In this document: positions 55,665-63,618 of the stretch, in pieces | Numbering within the stretch: position 1 is the first letter of the stretch | Layout of the letters: every line of letters starts with the position of its first letter | NCBI GenBank assembly: GCA_045656285.1 | Contig: JAZOQY010000041.1 | Coordinates: forward strand, 65,307-129,306 | Length of the DNA: 64,000 nucleotides | Direction: 5' to 3' | DNA from: Kiritimatiellia bacterium | Lineage (GTDB): Bacteria; Verrucomicrobiota; Kiritimatiellia; RFP12; UBA1067 | Made by a program: the position numbers and the translations under genes | Notes under the pieces: model-generated | Databases searched by the model: none | Seen by the model: the letters and a program-made list of their open reading frames with translations, nothing else | What the model was told of the DNA's origin: nothing

Positions 55665-56405
55665 TCAGCGCTCCGGAGATCTCCAGTACGACAGATATTC
55701 TATATTTCCCATCTCGCGCCCTTTTATGGGAGACTCCTCCAGCCCCATAAGTTCAAGCGAAAGATCTTCTCTGCCAAAACGCACTATCTCATCTCTTGCG
55801 GCCAAACGCAATGCCTCGTCACGGACAAGCCCGCCCGGGGCATTGCCCTTTCCGACCTCAAACTGGGGCTTGATAAGAGCGACAATCTCGCCGCCGGGAA
55901 CGAGAACATCCTTGATAGGAGGAAGGATCAGCTTAAGGGAAATAAACGACACATCCGTAACGGCAAGCTGGGGTTCGCAGGGAAGGTCCTCCTTTTTCAT
56001 GAACCTTGCGTTGTAGTTCTCTCTTACCCAGACGCGAGAATCGCTCCTCAGCGACCACGCCAACTGATTTGTGCCGACATCGACCGCCATCACCTTCTTC
56101 GCGCCGAACTGAAGAAGACAATCGGTAAATCCTCCGGTGGAACTGCCGACATCCAGACATATCTTGTCCTTTGCCGAAAGCGAAGAAAACTTGTTGAAGG
56201 CACCTTCGAGCTTCTCGCCGCCGCGAGAGACGAATTTAGGAGGAGAAGCAACTTCAATATCCGCGGAATCGTCCACCAGGCGTGAACTCTTGCGCTCGAC
56301 TTGGCCCTTGACGCGGACCTTGCCCTCCATCAACAGCGCCTGCGCCCGCGTCCGGCTGTCGCAAAGACCTCGCTCGACCAGAATTACATCAAGCCGCTTT
56401 TTCAT
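55665..56405 (-). CDS. tlyA: TlyA-family rRNA (cytidine-2'-O)-methyltransferase
   Basis: S4 domain 'RLDVILVERGLCDSRTRAQALLMEGKVRV' and a methyltransferase 'LDVGSSTGGFTDCLL'. Confidence 0.85.
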   Translation of the reverse strand: MKKRLDVILVERGLCDSRTRAQALLMEGKVRVKGQVERKSSRLVDDSADIEVASPPKFVSRGGEKLEGAFNKFSSLSAKDKICLDVGSSTGGFTDCLLQFGAKKVMAVDVGTNQLAWSLRSDSRVWVRENYNARFMKKEDLPCEPQLAVTDVSFISLKLILPPIKDVLVPGGEIVALIKPQFEVGKGNAPGGLVRDEALRLAARDEIVRFGREDLSLELMGLEESPIKGREMGNIEYLSYWRSPER

Positions 56406-57715
56406 TGCAGATCAAGGTATTCGATCTTGCGGTAATCCTGAATCGTCCGCTCGACGCCAGGCTTAACCTCTAACGTGATATACGTACCCGTAACGGTTTT
56501 TCGGACACCTTCGATCCTCTCTGTCGAAGTTATTACGCGAGTATCGGGGGTAAATACCTTTTTCATCGAAATTTTCAGAGATGTTGTCGATGAGACATTA
56601 AGCACGGGATGTCTGATTTCCTCGGAGTATCCGCGAGATGTCAAGCGAACAGTATGTTCGCCGGCCTTGAGGTCAGAAATGATAAGAGAGTCGCTCCACG
56701 CCGTAGAATCGCCCGTTCCCTCCGTTCTGCCGATGACGCGACCGTCAACCTCCACCTCGATTCCGGCCGGACGGGTGCGAATCTCAAGCTTCGCAAGATT
56801 GCTGGAAAGGCGGAACTCCTCATTGACCGTCGCACCTTTTTCGACGACGATTTCACGAGTCAGAGAATCAAAGCCGTCTTTTTCGGCCTTCACCGTATAA
56901 GTTCCCGGCGTAAGATTCTTCAGATAGATCGGCCCGTCGCCGCGAGGTTCGCCATTGATGTAGAATCTCGCTCCGGCTGGGACCGACGTGAGATTCAACT
57001 TGCCCGGCAGAGGATTAAGCTTGTAATAAAGGCTAGGAGCATCGCCAGCATTTATGGCGATTTCACGGCTTAAAGTCTCGTAACCATCCTTTTTCAACAC
57101 TATCGTCATTCGGCCATTGGGGATTTCGGAAACAACGACAGGCGTCGTACCGCGCAATATGCCGTTAAGCACGACCTCAGCACCTTGCGGGTCGCTCGTA
57201 ATATTGGCGACGCCGGAATTCAACACAAGCTTCACATTCCTTACAAGAGGTCTGCGTCCGTTGAACCGGACTTCAATCTTGTTGTCGAGATAACCCGTCT
57301 TTTTAAGAACGATAGCATGCTCCTTTTTAACATCAAGCGTCGTTATGAGCAACGGCGTCTCGCCTTTGGAATACCCGTCAATAACGATTTGAGCGCCGGC
57401 AGGTTCGCTATTGAGGAGCAGCAAACCCTTCATCGGCTGCAACTTGCCGAAAACAGGCTCGCTTTCCCCTTTTTTAGGGGTGTATATGGCATCAAAAGGC
57501 TCATGATCCTCCATTTCCATTCTTATGTGGGTGGCGACTTCGGGAGTCATCTCCGGAATCGAAAAAGGAGTCTTTCCCTTCAATACTCCATCTACGAAAA
57601 CCTGCGCGCCTTCGGGAGTCGAATTAAAACGGACAGCGACACCGCGCGGCTTTTCTTCAGCGGCAAAGAGAAGACCTGCAGCGGCGACCAAAAAGAAAGT
57701 TAAAAGTTTTTTCAT
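56402..57715 (-). CDS. Secreted multi-PEGA-domain protein
   Basis: Signal peptide, then at least 5 PEGA units ('STPEGAQVFVDG..GKTP', 'SEPAGAQIVIDG', 'SDPQGAEVVLNG', 'SVPAGARFYING', 'TRPAGIEVEVDG'). Confidence 0.8.
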   Translation of the reverse strand: MKKLLTFFLVAAAGLLFAAEEKPRGVAVRFNSTPEGAQVFVDGVLKGKTPFSIPEMTPEVATHIRMEMEDHEPFDAIYTPKKGESEPVFGKLQPMKGLLLLNSEPAGAQIVIDGYSKGETPLLITTLDVKKEHAIVLKKTGYLDNKIEVRFNGRRPLVRNVKLVLNSGVANITSDPQGAEVVLNGILRGTTPVVVSEIPNGRMTIVLKKDGYETLSREIAINAGDAPSLYYKLNPLPGKLNLTSVPAGARFYINGEPRGDGPIYLKNLTPGTYTVKAEKDGFDSLTREIVVEKGATVNEEFRLSSNLAKLEIRTRPAGIEVEVDGRVIGRTEGTGDSTAWSDSLIISDLKAGEHTVRLTSRGYSEEIRHPVLNVSSTTSLKISMKKVFTPDTRVITSTERIEGVRKTVTGTYITLEVKPGVERTIQDYRKIEYLDLQ

Positions 57716-59103
57716 TTTCTCCTCTTTTTCATCTCTTTTTCGATTTCAGCTTTTCTGCTGTCGCATACCTTCATGTTGTTGACGGCGTCTATATGCCATC
57801 TGTTGTCGCTGCGCGGAGCCATGACGCATATCGTACTGAACAAATCGTACGCATCGTCATATTTACCTATGTCCATGAGCCGCTTTGCTTCGGCATACCT
57901 CTTGGAGCAACGGGCATCCAGTTCCTTTTTGGCCTCGTCGAGATGCTCCTGAATACGTCGTGCGGCAGCCTCTTCACTCACGCCCAGCGCTTTGATTTCC
58001 TTAAGCGCAAGCGTGTAATAATCGATGGATTCGCTTATGTAGCCGACTCTCGCATCGCGCTTGTTCCAGAAGTCGTCGCCCATCATCTCGTATTTTTTTG
58101 CTGCGCTTTCGATATCTGCGCGAGACATGCCGATGGATTGGCAGTCCAATATGTCGTTGATTTTGGACTCGACGTCGCCCCATACTTTAGCAAACTCCTT
58201 AGGAGGCATCTCATCCTTGACAAGAACTTCTTTTACGCCGTTTTTGCGCACAAGTTTTATGCGCCACAACCTATGCCCGGGGGCATCACCCCTATATTCG
58301 TTTTTCAGACTTTTCCATTCGTCACCGTCAAAGATGGTCTTGAGAAGCTGCATGTCGGCATCTGATATCTTCTTTTCTGTTGTCGGCAGTTGACGGTTCT
58401 CGCCGGGAAGATCGTCCAGCTCGAGAGTTACGGTGCCGTCGCGCTTCAGCTCCGCGCAATAGCGGAAAATATGCTTGGAATCGGCATCGACCTTTTCGCA
58501 GAAGAAAGAGATTATTTCATCGGACGGCTGCGGAACCTGTTCCGCAGGGGCTTCTTTTGGACTGAACATGCCCACAACGCTCTTGACCACCTTCGAATCT
58601 TTGAAAAGCATCACGCAGGCGATGGCTACAACCAAAATCCCGACCACGGACGCGGTGATCACCTTGACCAACGGCGAGACATTCTTGGCCGCAGCCTCCG
58701 AACGATGATCTTCGCCATCGGGTTTCGCTCCAAGTCCCAGATCGACGCTCGTTCCGTTTGCCGATTCGACCGGTGCGACGGCCGGCGGCGGAGCTTCTTC
58801 GCCAACGACCTTGAGTTCCGTCGCGCCGACACGAATCACATCGCCGGCTTTAAGCAGAACAGCTTGAGAATAGACAGGCTCGTCGTTGACGTACGTTCCG
58901 TTGGCGCTCGAAAGATCGACAACCGTTATGTCGGATTCGCCGGAACACTCGAAAAGGCAATGGTTGCGCGAAAGCTCCTCGTCAGGAATATGCACATCGT
59001 TGGAGGAGGACCTTCCGAGCCTGAGTCCGCCGGCGTCGACCTCAAAACGCCTGCCGCACAGCTCGCCTTGCGAAACAACAACTATAGCAAGTCTTTTCAC
59101 CAT
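57712..59103 (-). CDS. FHA-domain membrane protein with an unassigned ~290-aa extracytoplasmic domain
   Basis: FHA region 'LRLGRSSSNDVHIPDEELSRNHCLF...SANGTYVNDEPV' and TM 'VITASVVGILVVAIACVMLF'. Confidence 0.8.
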   Translation of the reverse strand: MVKRLAIVVVSQGELCGRRFEVDAGGLRLGRSSSNDVHIPDEELSRNHCLFECSGESDITVVDLSSANGTYVNDEPVYSQAVLLKAGDVIRVGATELKVVGEEAPPPAVAPVESANGTSVDLGLGAKPDGEDHRSEAAAKNVSPLVKVITASVVGILVVAIACVMLFKDSKVVKSVVGMFSPKEAPAEQVPQPSDEIISFFCEKVDADSKHIFRYCAELKRDGTVTLELDDLPGENRQLPTTEKKISDADMQLLKTIFDGDEWKSLKNEYRGDAPGHRLWRIKLVRKNGVKEVLVKDEMPPKEFAKVWGDVESKINDILDCQSIGMSRADIESAAKKYEMMGDDFWNKRDARVGYISESIDYYTLALKEIKALGVSEEAAARRIQEHLDEAKKELDARCSKRYAEAKRLMDIGKYDDAYDLFSTICVMAPRSDNRWHIDAVNNMKVCDSRKAEIEKEMKKRRK

Positions 59104-59115
59104 ACCGTCTCCTGG

Positions 59116-60030
59116 TTAGAACAGCTGTCCTTTCATCGCCTGCGCAATAACGGGACCAAGCAGAATTATGAATACAGCAGGAAAAATGCAGAGCATCAAG
59201 GGACCGAGCATTTTCGTCGGAGCCTCGTTCGCCAGCTTCTCGGCACGATCGAACCGGCGCTCCCGCAACTGTTCAGACTGGATGCGGAGAATAGAGCCTA
59301 TCGACACACCCAATTCATCGGCCTGAATAAGCGCATACGCCACAGACTTCAGATCCGGCTGTCTGACGCGGTCTGCCATGCTTTTCAACGCGACCTTGCG
59401 CGAAGATCCGACCTGGATCTCCTTGGTCATGCGAAGCAGCTCCTCGTTGAGAGGATCCATCTTTCGCGACTCGCAGTTTCTCTGCAGCGCACTGATGAAA
59501 TCCATGCCGGCCTCAACCGACAGCGTCAGCAGATCAAGAACAAAAGGCAGAGACTTCATTATCGAAAGATGACGCTTTTTTACGGCATCCTTAAGCCACA
59601 TCGTCGGCTGCATCGCAAGAAGAATCACGCCCATCAGGCAAAGCTGCATCCTCATTGAAACGAACAGGGAATCCGGGAATATCGCCCCCATGAAGAAAAT
59701 GACGACGCTCCACACCAGCCCCATGGCGATCGGCGAAAGGATTCTCAGCGCCACGAATTCCCGCCCGCTCAAAAGGCCCTCATATCCGCCGGAAACAAGC
59801 ATCGCATCGAATTTGGCGACATCCTTGGCGAAGGAGGGACGCGAAACGAGCCTGTCGAGATTTCCGACAAACGGCAAAAGCAGCTTGAATGTCAGAGGCA
59901 GGGAACGCTCCTGGCGCCGCCCGTCCGCGAGCGTCACATAAGTCACTTCGCGCGCGACGCTCGCGGCATATCCCGCGAGCGCGGCGACCGCAAAACCCCA
60001 GACTATCATCAATATGACTTCAAACGCCAC
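59116..60030 (-). CDS. Type II secretion system F-domain protein (TadB/TadC-like)
   Basis: 304 aa. 'LPFVLDLLTLSVEAGMDFISAL', 'LIQADELGVSIGSILRIQSEQLRERR' and a terminal TM helix. Confidence 0.75.
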   Translation of the reverse strand: MAFEVILMIVWGFAVAALAGYAASVAREVTYVTLADGRRQERSLPLTFKLLLPFVGNLDRLVSRPSFAKDVAKFDAMLVSGGYEGLLSGREFVALRILSPIAMGLVWSVVIFFMGAIFPDSLFVSMRMQLCLMGVILLAMQPTMWLKDAVKKRHLSIMKSLPFVLDLLTLSVEAGMDFISALQRNCESRKMDPLNEELLRMTKEIQVGSSRKVALKSMADRVRQPDLKSVAYALIQADELGVSIGSILRIQSEQLRERRFDRAEKLANEAPTKMLGPLMLCIFPAVFIILLGPVIAQAMKGQLF

Positions 60031-60050
60031 AGCCGGAAACCTTTCAGTTG

Positions 60051-62099
60051 TTATGTGGCAGCCGTACCCGCGCCAGCATCGGACGAAGGAGAAAGAACGC
60101 CTCCGTTCGCGCCGGGCTCGCCTGCGAAGAGGATCATGCCCTCCGAGACGCCGACGGACATCTTGCGAGGTGCGAGATTCGCCACAAAAACGACCTCCCT
60201 TCCGACAAGCTTCTCCGGTTCGGGATACGCCTGGCGGATGCCGGAGAAGATCGTGCGCTTGCCGAGAGAGCCTGCATCAAGGACGAACTTGAGAAGCTTG
60301 GCGCTCTTGGGGACGATCTCGCAGCTTTCAACAACGCCGACCCTGAGATCGAGCTTCTCGAAGTCGGGGAATGCGATCTCTGGCTTGAGAGGAGCAACAT
60401 CCCTCGCCTCTTCCTTCGTTTCCCGACCCTCCTTGTTCTTGCTCGCCCTGGATTCGTGGCTGACCTCCCCGGACTCGCCGGGCTCCACCTTCGCAGCCTC
60501 GATCATCGCCTCGACCTGCTTCATGTCGACGCGGCTGGCGAGATACTCGTATTCGCCAAGAGCGCAATTCTCCTTGAACTCGCCCGCGCTCGCCCACGTC
60601 CACACGCTCTCGCCAAAGAGCTTCATGGCCTTGTCGGCGTAGGCGGGAAGAACGGGCTTCAGATAGATGGCGATGATCCTGAATGCGTTGAGCGCCGCGG
60701 TAAGCGTCGTGCGCGTCGTCTCTTCGTCTGTCTTGACGGTCTTCCAGGGCTCGCGCCTGTCGAAATATTCATTCGCCGCATCGGCAAGGCGGCATATCTC
60801 GACTACGGCCTGGTTGAAACGCCTGTCCTCGTAATGCCTGGCTATCGTCTCGCCGGCTTCGACGCACTTCCCGACGAGCGCCTTGCCCTCGGCATCCATC
60901 GTCCCGAGGCGACCGCCAAGCTTCTTCTGGAGCATCTGACCGCCGCGCGAGGCGATGTTGGTGATCTTTCCGACAAGATCCGAATTGACGCGCTGGACGA
61001 AATCGGCAAGATTGAGATCGATATCGTCCGTCGTTCCGCCGAGCTTGGCCGCATAGTAGTAGCGCAGCGCTTCTGGCGGGAGATTGTCGAGATAGGTGCG
61101 AGCCGAAACGAAAGTACCCTTCGACTTCGACATCTTCTCGCCGTTCACCGTCAAAAAGCCGTGCACGAAAACCTTGGTCGGCCCCTTGAAGCCGGCGGAA
61201 TTCAGCATCCCCGGCCAGAAGAGGCAGTGGAAGCGTATGATGTCCTTGCCGATGAAATGATAAAGCTCAACTTCGGGATCGTTCCACATGTCGAACTTCC
61301 CGGCGTTTTTAAGGCTCGCGATATAACCGATCGGCGCATCGACCCAGACGTAAAAATACTTGTCTTTGCAGCCGGGGATCTCAAATCCGAAATACGGCGC
61401 GTCGCGCGAAATGCACCACCCGCGCAAAGGCTCCTTGAACCATTCGAGCAGCTTGTTGGAGACATCGCTCGTCGTATGCCCGGGAATCCACTTTTCGAGA
61501 TAATCGTGCTGAGGCTCAAGCTCCCAGTAAAGATGCTCGGAATCCTTAACGACCGGCGTCGAACCGCAAGTCGTGCATTTGGGCGCGCCAAGCTCCTCTG
61601 CCCCGTATGTAGCGCCGCACTTGTCGCAGCTGTCGCCGTACTGGTCAGCCGCACCGCACTTCGGGCAGACTCCCTTCACAAAGCGGTCGGGAAGAAACAT
61701 GCTGCACTTCTGGCAATAGAGCTGAGGGGTCGTCTTGCGCGTAATGTAACCCTTTGATTCCGCCGCCTTGTAGATCTGTTCGCTCAACTCCTTGTTCTCG
61801 GGGGAGTTGGTCGTATAGTAATTATCGAATTTAATCTGAAAGTCAGTAAAATCCCTTAAATGTTCGGCGTGACTGCGCGCAATAAGCTCTTCCGGAGCAA
61901 TACCCTCCTTGCGGGCGCGAATCATGATGGGGGTGCCATGGGTGTCATCGGCACAGACATAAACGCACTCATTGCCGCGCATCTTCTGGAAACGCACCCA
62001 GAAATCGGTCTGAACATACTCCACCAGATGTCCGATATGAATGTCGCCATTGGCATAAGGGAGCGCACTTGTAACAACGATCTTTCTCTTTTCGCCCAT
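60051..62099 (-). CDS. metG: Methionine--tRNA ligase with a C-terminal tRNA-binding domain
   Basis: 'ALPYANGDIHIGH', a zinc knuckle 'CPKCGAADQYGDSCDKCG', 'KMSKS' and a C-terminal EMAP/Trbp111-like domain. Confidence 0.95.
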   Translation of the reverse strand: MGEKRKIVVTSALPYANGDIHIGHLVEYVQTDFWVRFQKMRGNECVYVCADDTHGTPIMIRARKEGIAPEELIARSHAEHLRDFTDFQIKFDNYYTTNSPENKELSEQIYKAAESKGYITRKTTPQLYCQKCSMFLPDRFVKGVCPKCGAADQYGDSCDKCGATYGAEELGAPKCTTCGSTPVVKDSEHLYWELEPQHDYLEKWIPGHTTSDVSNKLLEWFKEPLRGWCISRDAPYFGFEIPGCKDKYFYVWVDAPIGYIASLKNAGKFDMWNDPEVELYHFIGKDIIRFHCLFWPGMLNSAGFKGPTKVFVHGFLTVNGEKMSKSKGTFVSARTYLDNLPPEALRYYYAAKLGGTTDDIDLNLADFVQRVNSDLVGKITNIASRGGQMLQKKLGGRLGTMDAEGKALVGKCVEAGETIARHYEDRRFNQAVVEICRLADAANEYFDRREPWKTVKTDEETTRTTLTAALNAFRIIAIYLKPVLPAYADKAMKLFGESVWTWASAGEFKENCALGEYEYLASRVDMKQVEAMIEAAKVEPGESGEVSHESRASKNKEGRETKEEARDVAPLKPEIAFPDFEKLDLRVGVVESCEIVPKSAKLLKFVLDAGSLGKRTIFSGIRQAYPEPEKLVGREVVFVANLAPRKMSVGVSEGMILFAGEPGANGGVLSPSSDAGAGTAAT

Positions 62100-62123
62100 A
62101 GGATTCCTCGATATTTTTCTCTA

Positions 62124-62132
62124 ATTATACCA
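62124..62132 (-). promoter_or_regulatory. metG promoter, extended -10 TGGTATAAT (~18-nt leader with SD GAGGAA)
   Basis: Minus strand reads GGATTTGGTATAATTAGAGAAAAATATCGAGGAATCCTATG. Confidence 0.5.
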
Positions 62133-62173
62133 AATCCGGCTGCATTTTAATAGAGTCTCGACACCTCATATTC

Positions 62174-62692
62174 TCATTCGCGAACATGCCCGGCTGTCGC
62201 CCCTAAAACGTCGGCGACCGTAGCAGGAACGAGATCGGAAATGCTCTTCTTCGAGAAAAGACGGTTTCGCACCTCAGTAGACGACTCGACCGTGCGAGAA
62301 TAGGCCCTGAAAGTGCAGAGTGTCTTCAAGGTTTCATAATCCTTCCATCGCGGCAGACCCTCCAAAGAATCTTCGCCTATTATGAAAAACATCTCGGCGC
62401 CGGGGAACGCTCCTGCAAATTCGCGAACCGTATCGATGGCGTACGAGACCCCTCCCTTTTCGAGCTCGCGCCTGTCGATGACGACGCCGGGGATGCCGTC
62501 AAAAGCGGCATGAAGACACTTGAGACGGATTTCATCGCTTAAGCGAGGCGCCGAAGAGGTCTTGAAGGGACTTACAGCGGCAGGAATTACGAACAGCTTG
62601 TCTAGCGAAAGTTCGGCGAGGGCCCTCCTGGCGATCCCGACATGCCCATTGTGCACAGGATCGAAACTTCCGCCGAATATAGCAATTCTCAC
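62174..62692 (-). CDS. nadD: Nicotinate-nucleotide adenylyltransferase
   Basis: 'MRIAIFGGSFDPVHNGH', 172 aa. 4-nt overlap with proC. Confidence 0.9.
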   Translation of the reverse strand: MRIAIFGGSFDPVHNGHVGIARRALAELSLDKLFVIPAAVSPFKTSSAPRLSDEIRLKCLHAAFDGIPGVVIDRRELEKGGVSYAIDTVREFAGAFPGAEMFFIIGEDSLEGLPRWKDYETLKTLCTFRAYSRTVESSTEVRNRLFSKKSISDLVPATVADVLGATAGHVRE

Positions 62693-63486
62693 TTCGCCAG
62701 CTCCTTGGAGCGTTTGGCGGCGGCGGCGAGAGTCGCGGCGACGACATCCTTGAAGTCTGACGCGGCAAGCTTCTCCATTCCCGCGGCGGTCGTCCCGCCC
62801 TTCGTGCAGACGCCATCGATAAACGGCTTGAGCGGCATGCCGCTTTCGCGCAGGAACTTGGCCGTTCCGTACATCGTCTGCTCCGCCAATAGCCTGGCGA
62901 CATCCGGCTTGAGACCGAGCCTCACGCCGGCTTCCGCCATAGCCTCCTCCATATACGCGAAGTAGGCCGGGCCCGACCCCGAAAGCGCGGTGACGGCGTC
63001 AAAATCCTTCTCCTTCAAAACAGCCGTCGCTCCTGCGCCGCCAAGGATTCTCTCTACCGCCGCGACATCGGACTTCTTGGCGTTTGATGCGGCGCAGATG
63101 GCGCACATGCCGGCATTCGCCCTCAAGGCGAGATTGGGCATGACCCTGACAAGACGCACTTTGGGTCCGAAAGCGCGGCGCAGACCGGAAAGCGTTTTGC
63201 CCGCGACGATCGAAACAAGAATCTGCGTCGATTTCAAAAGGGGCTTTACTTCTGCCGCGACCGCCGCGACATCCTGAGGCTTGACGCTCAGGAAAACGAT
63301 CTTCGCGCTCTTCGCGACCTCCTTGAGATCGTCCGTCACCGCCACAGGGTATTTCGTCTTGAGCTCCTCGGCTCTGGCGGGAACCTTCTCCGCCATTATG
63401 ACGGAAGACTTGTCTTCAACGGCACAAAGAATGCCTTCAGCCATTTTACCGGCACCGAAAAATCCGATTCTGATAGATTTTGCCAT
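62689..63486 (-). CDS. proC: Pyrroline-5-carboxylate reductase
   Basis: 'IGFFGAGKMAEGI' and 'VCTKGGTTAAGM', 265 aa. SD AAGGAG. Confidence 0.9.
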   Translation of the reverse strand: MAKSIRIGFFGAGKMAEGILCAVEDKSSVIMAEKVPARAEELKTKYPVAVTDDLKEVAKSAKIVFLSVKPQDVAAVAAEVKPLLKSTQILVSIVAGKTLSGLRRAFGPKVRLVRVMPNLALRANAGMCAICAASNAKKSDVAAVERILGGAGATAVLKEKDFDAVTALSGSGPAYFAYMEEAMAEAGVRLGLKPDVARLLAEQTMYGTAKFLRESGMPLKPFIDGVCTKGGTTAAGMEKLAASDFKDVVAATLAAAAKRSKELAK

Positions 63487-63545
63487 GTAGACTCCTTGAT
63501 TGCATCTCCATTTGTTTCAGCCAGAGGCGCAGACTAAGTCCGTAT

Positions 63546-63574
63546 ATGATATCACTGAACAACATTCGCGTCAA
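63546..63574 (-). promoter_or_regulatory. proC promoter TTGACG-17-TGaTATCAT (~50-nt leader)
   Basis: -35 is plus 'cgtcaa' at 63569..63574, and -10 is plus 'atgata' at 63546..63551, preceded by TGa. Confidence 0.5.
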
Positions 63575-63599
63575 CGGCAATACAAGCATTTTATATTTT

Positions 63600-63608
63600 T
63601 GGTATAAT
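63600..63608 (+). promoter_or_regulatory. Extended -10 TGGTATAAT, 10 nt from the fmt ATG (very short leader or leaderless)
   Basis: TATTTTTGGTATAATATACGGCCAAATG. It is divergent from the proC promoter. Confidence 0.5.
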
Positions 63609-63618
63609 ATACGGCCAA

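Noticed and set aside
55651-55665. GC-rich inverted repeat gacggcgccgccgtc at the tlyA stop, considered as a terminator
   Set aside because: The stem is effectively only 5 bp with no T-tract, and it overlaps coding sequence.
60048-61757. 569-aa ORF antisense to metG
   Set aside because: Shadow ORF; metG is unambiguous.
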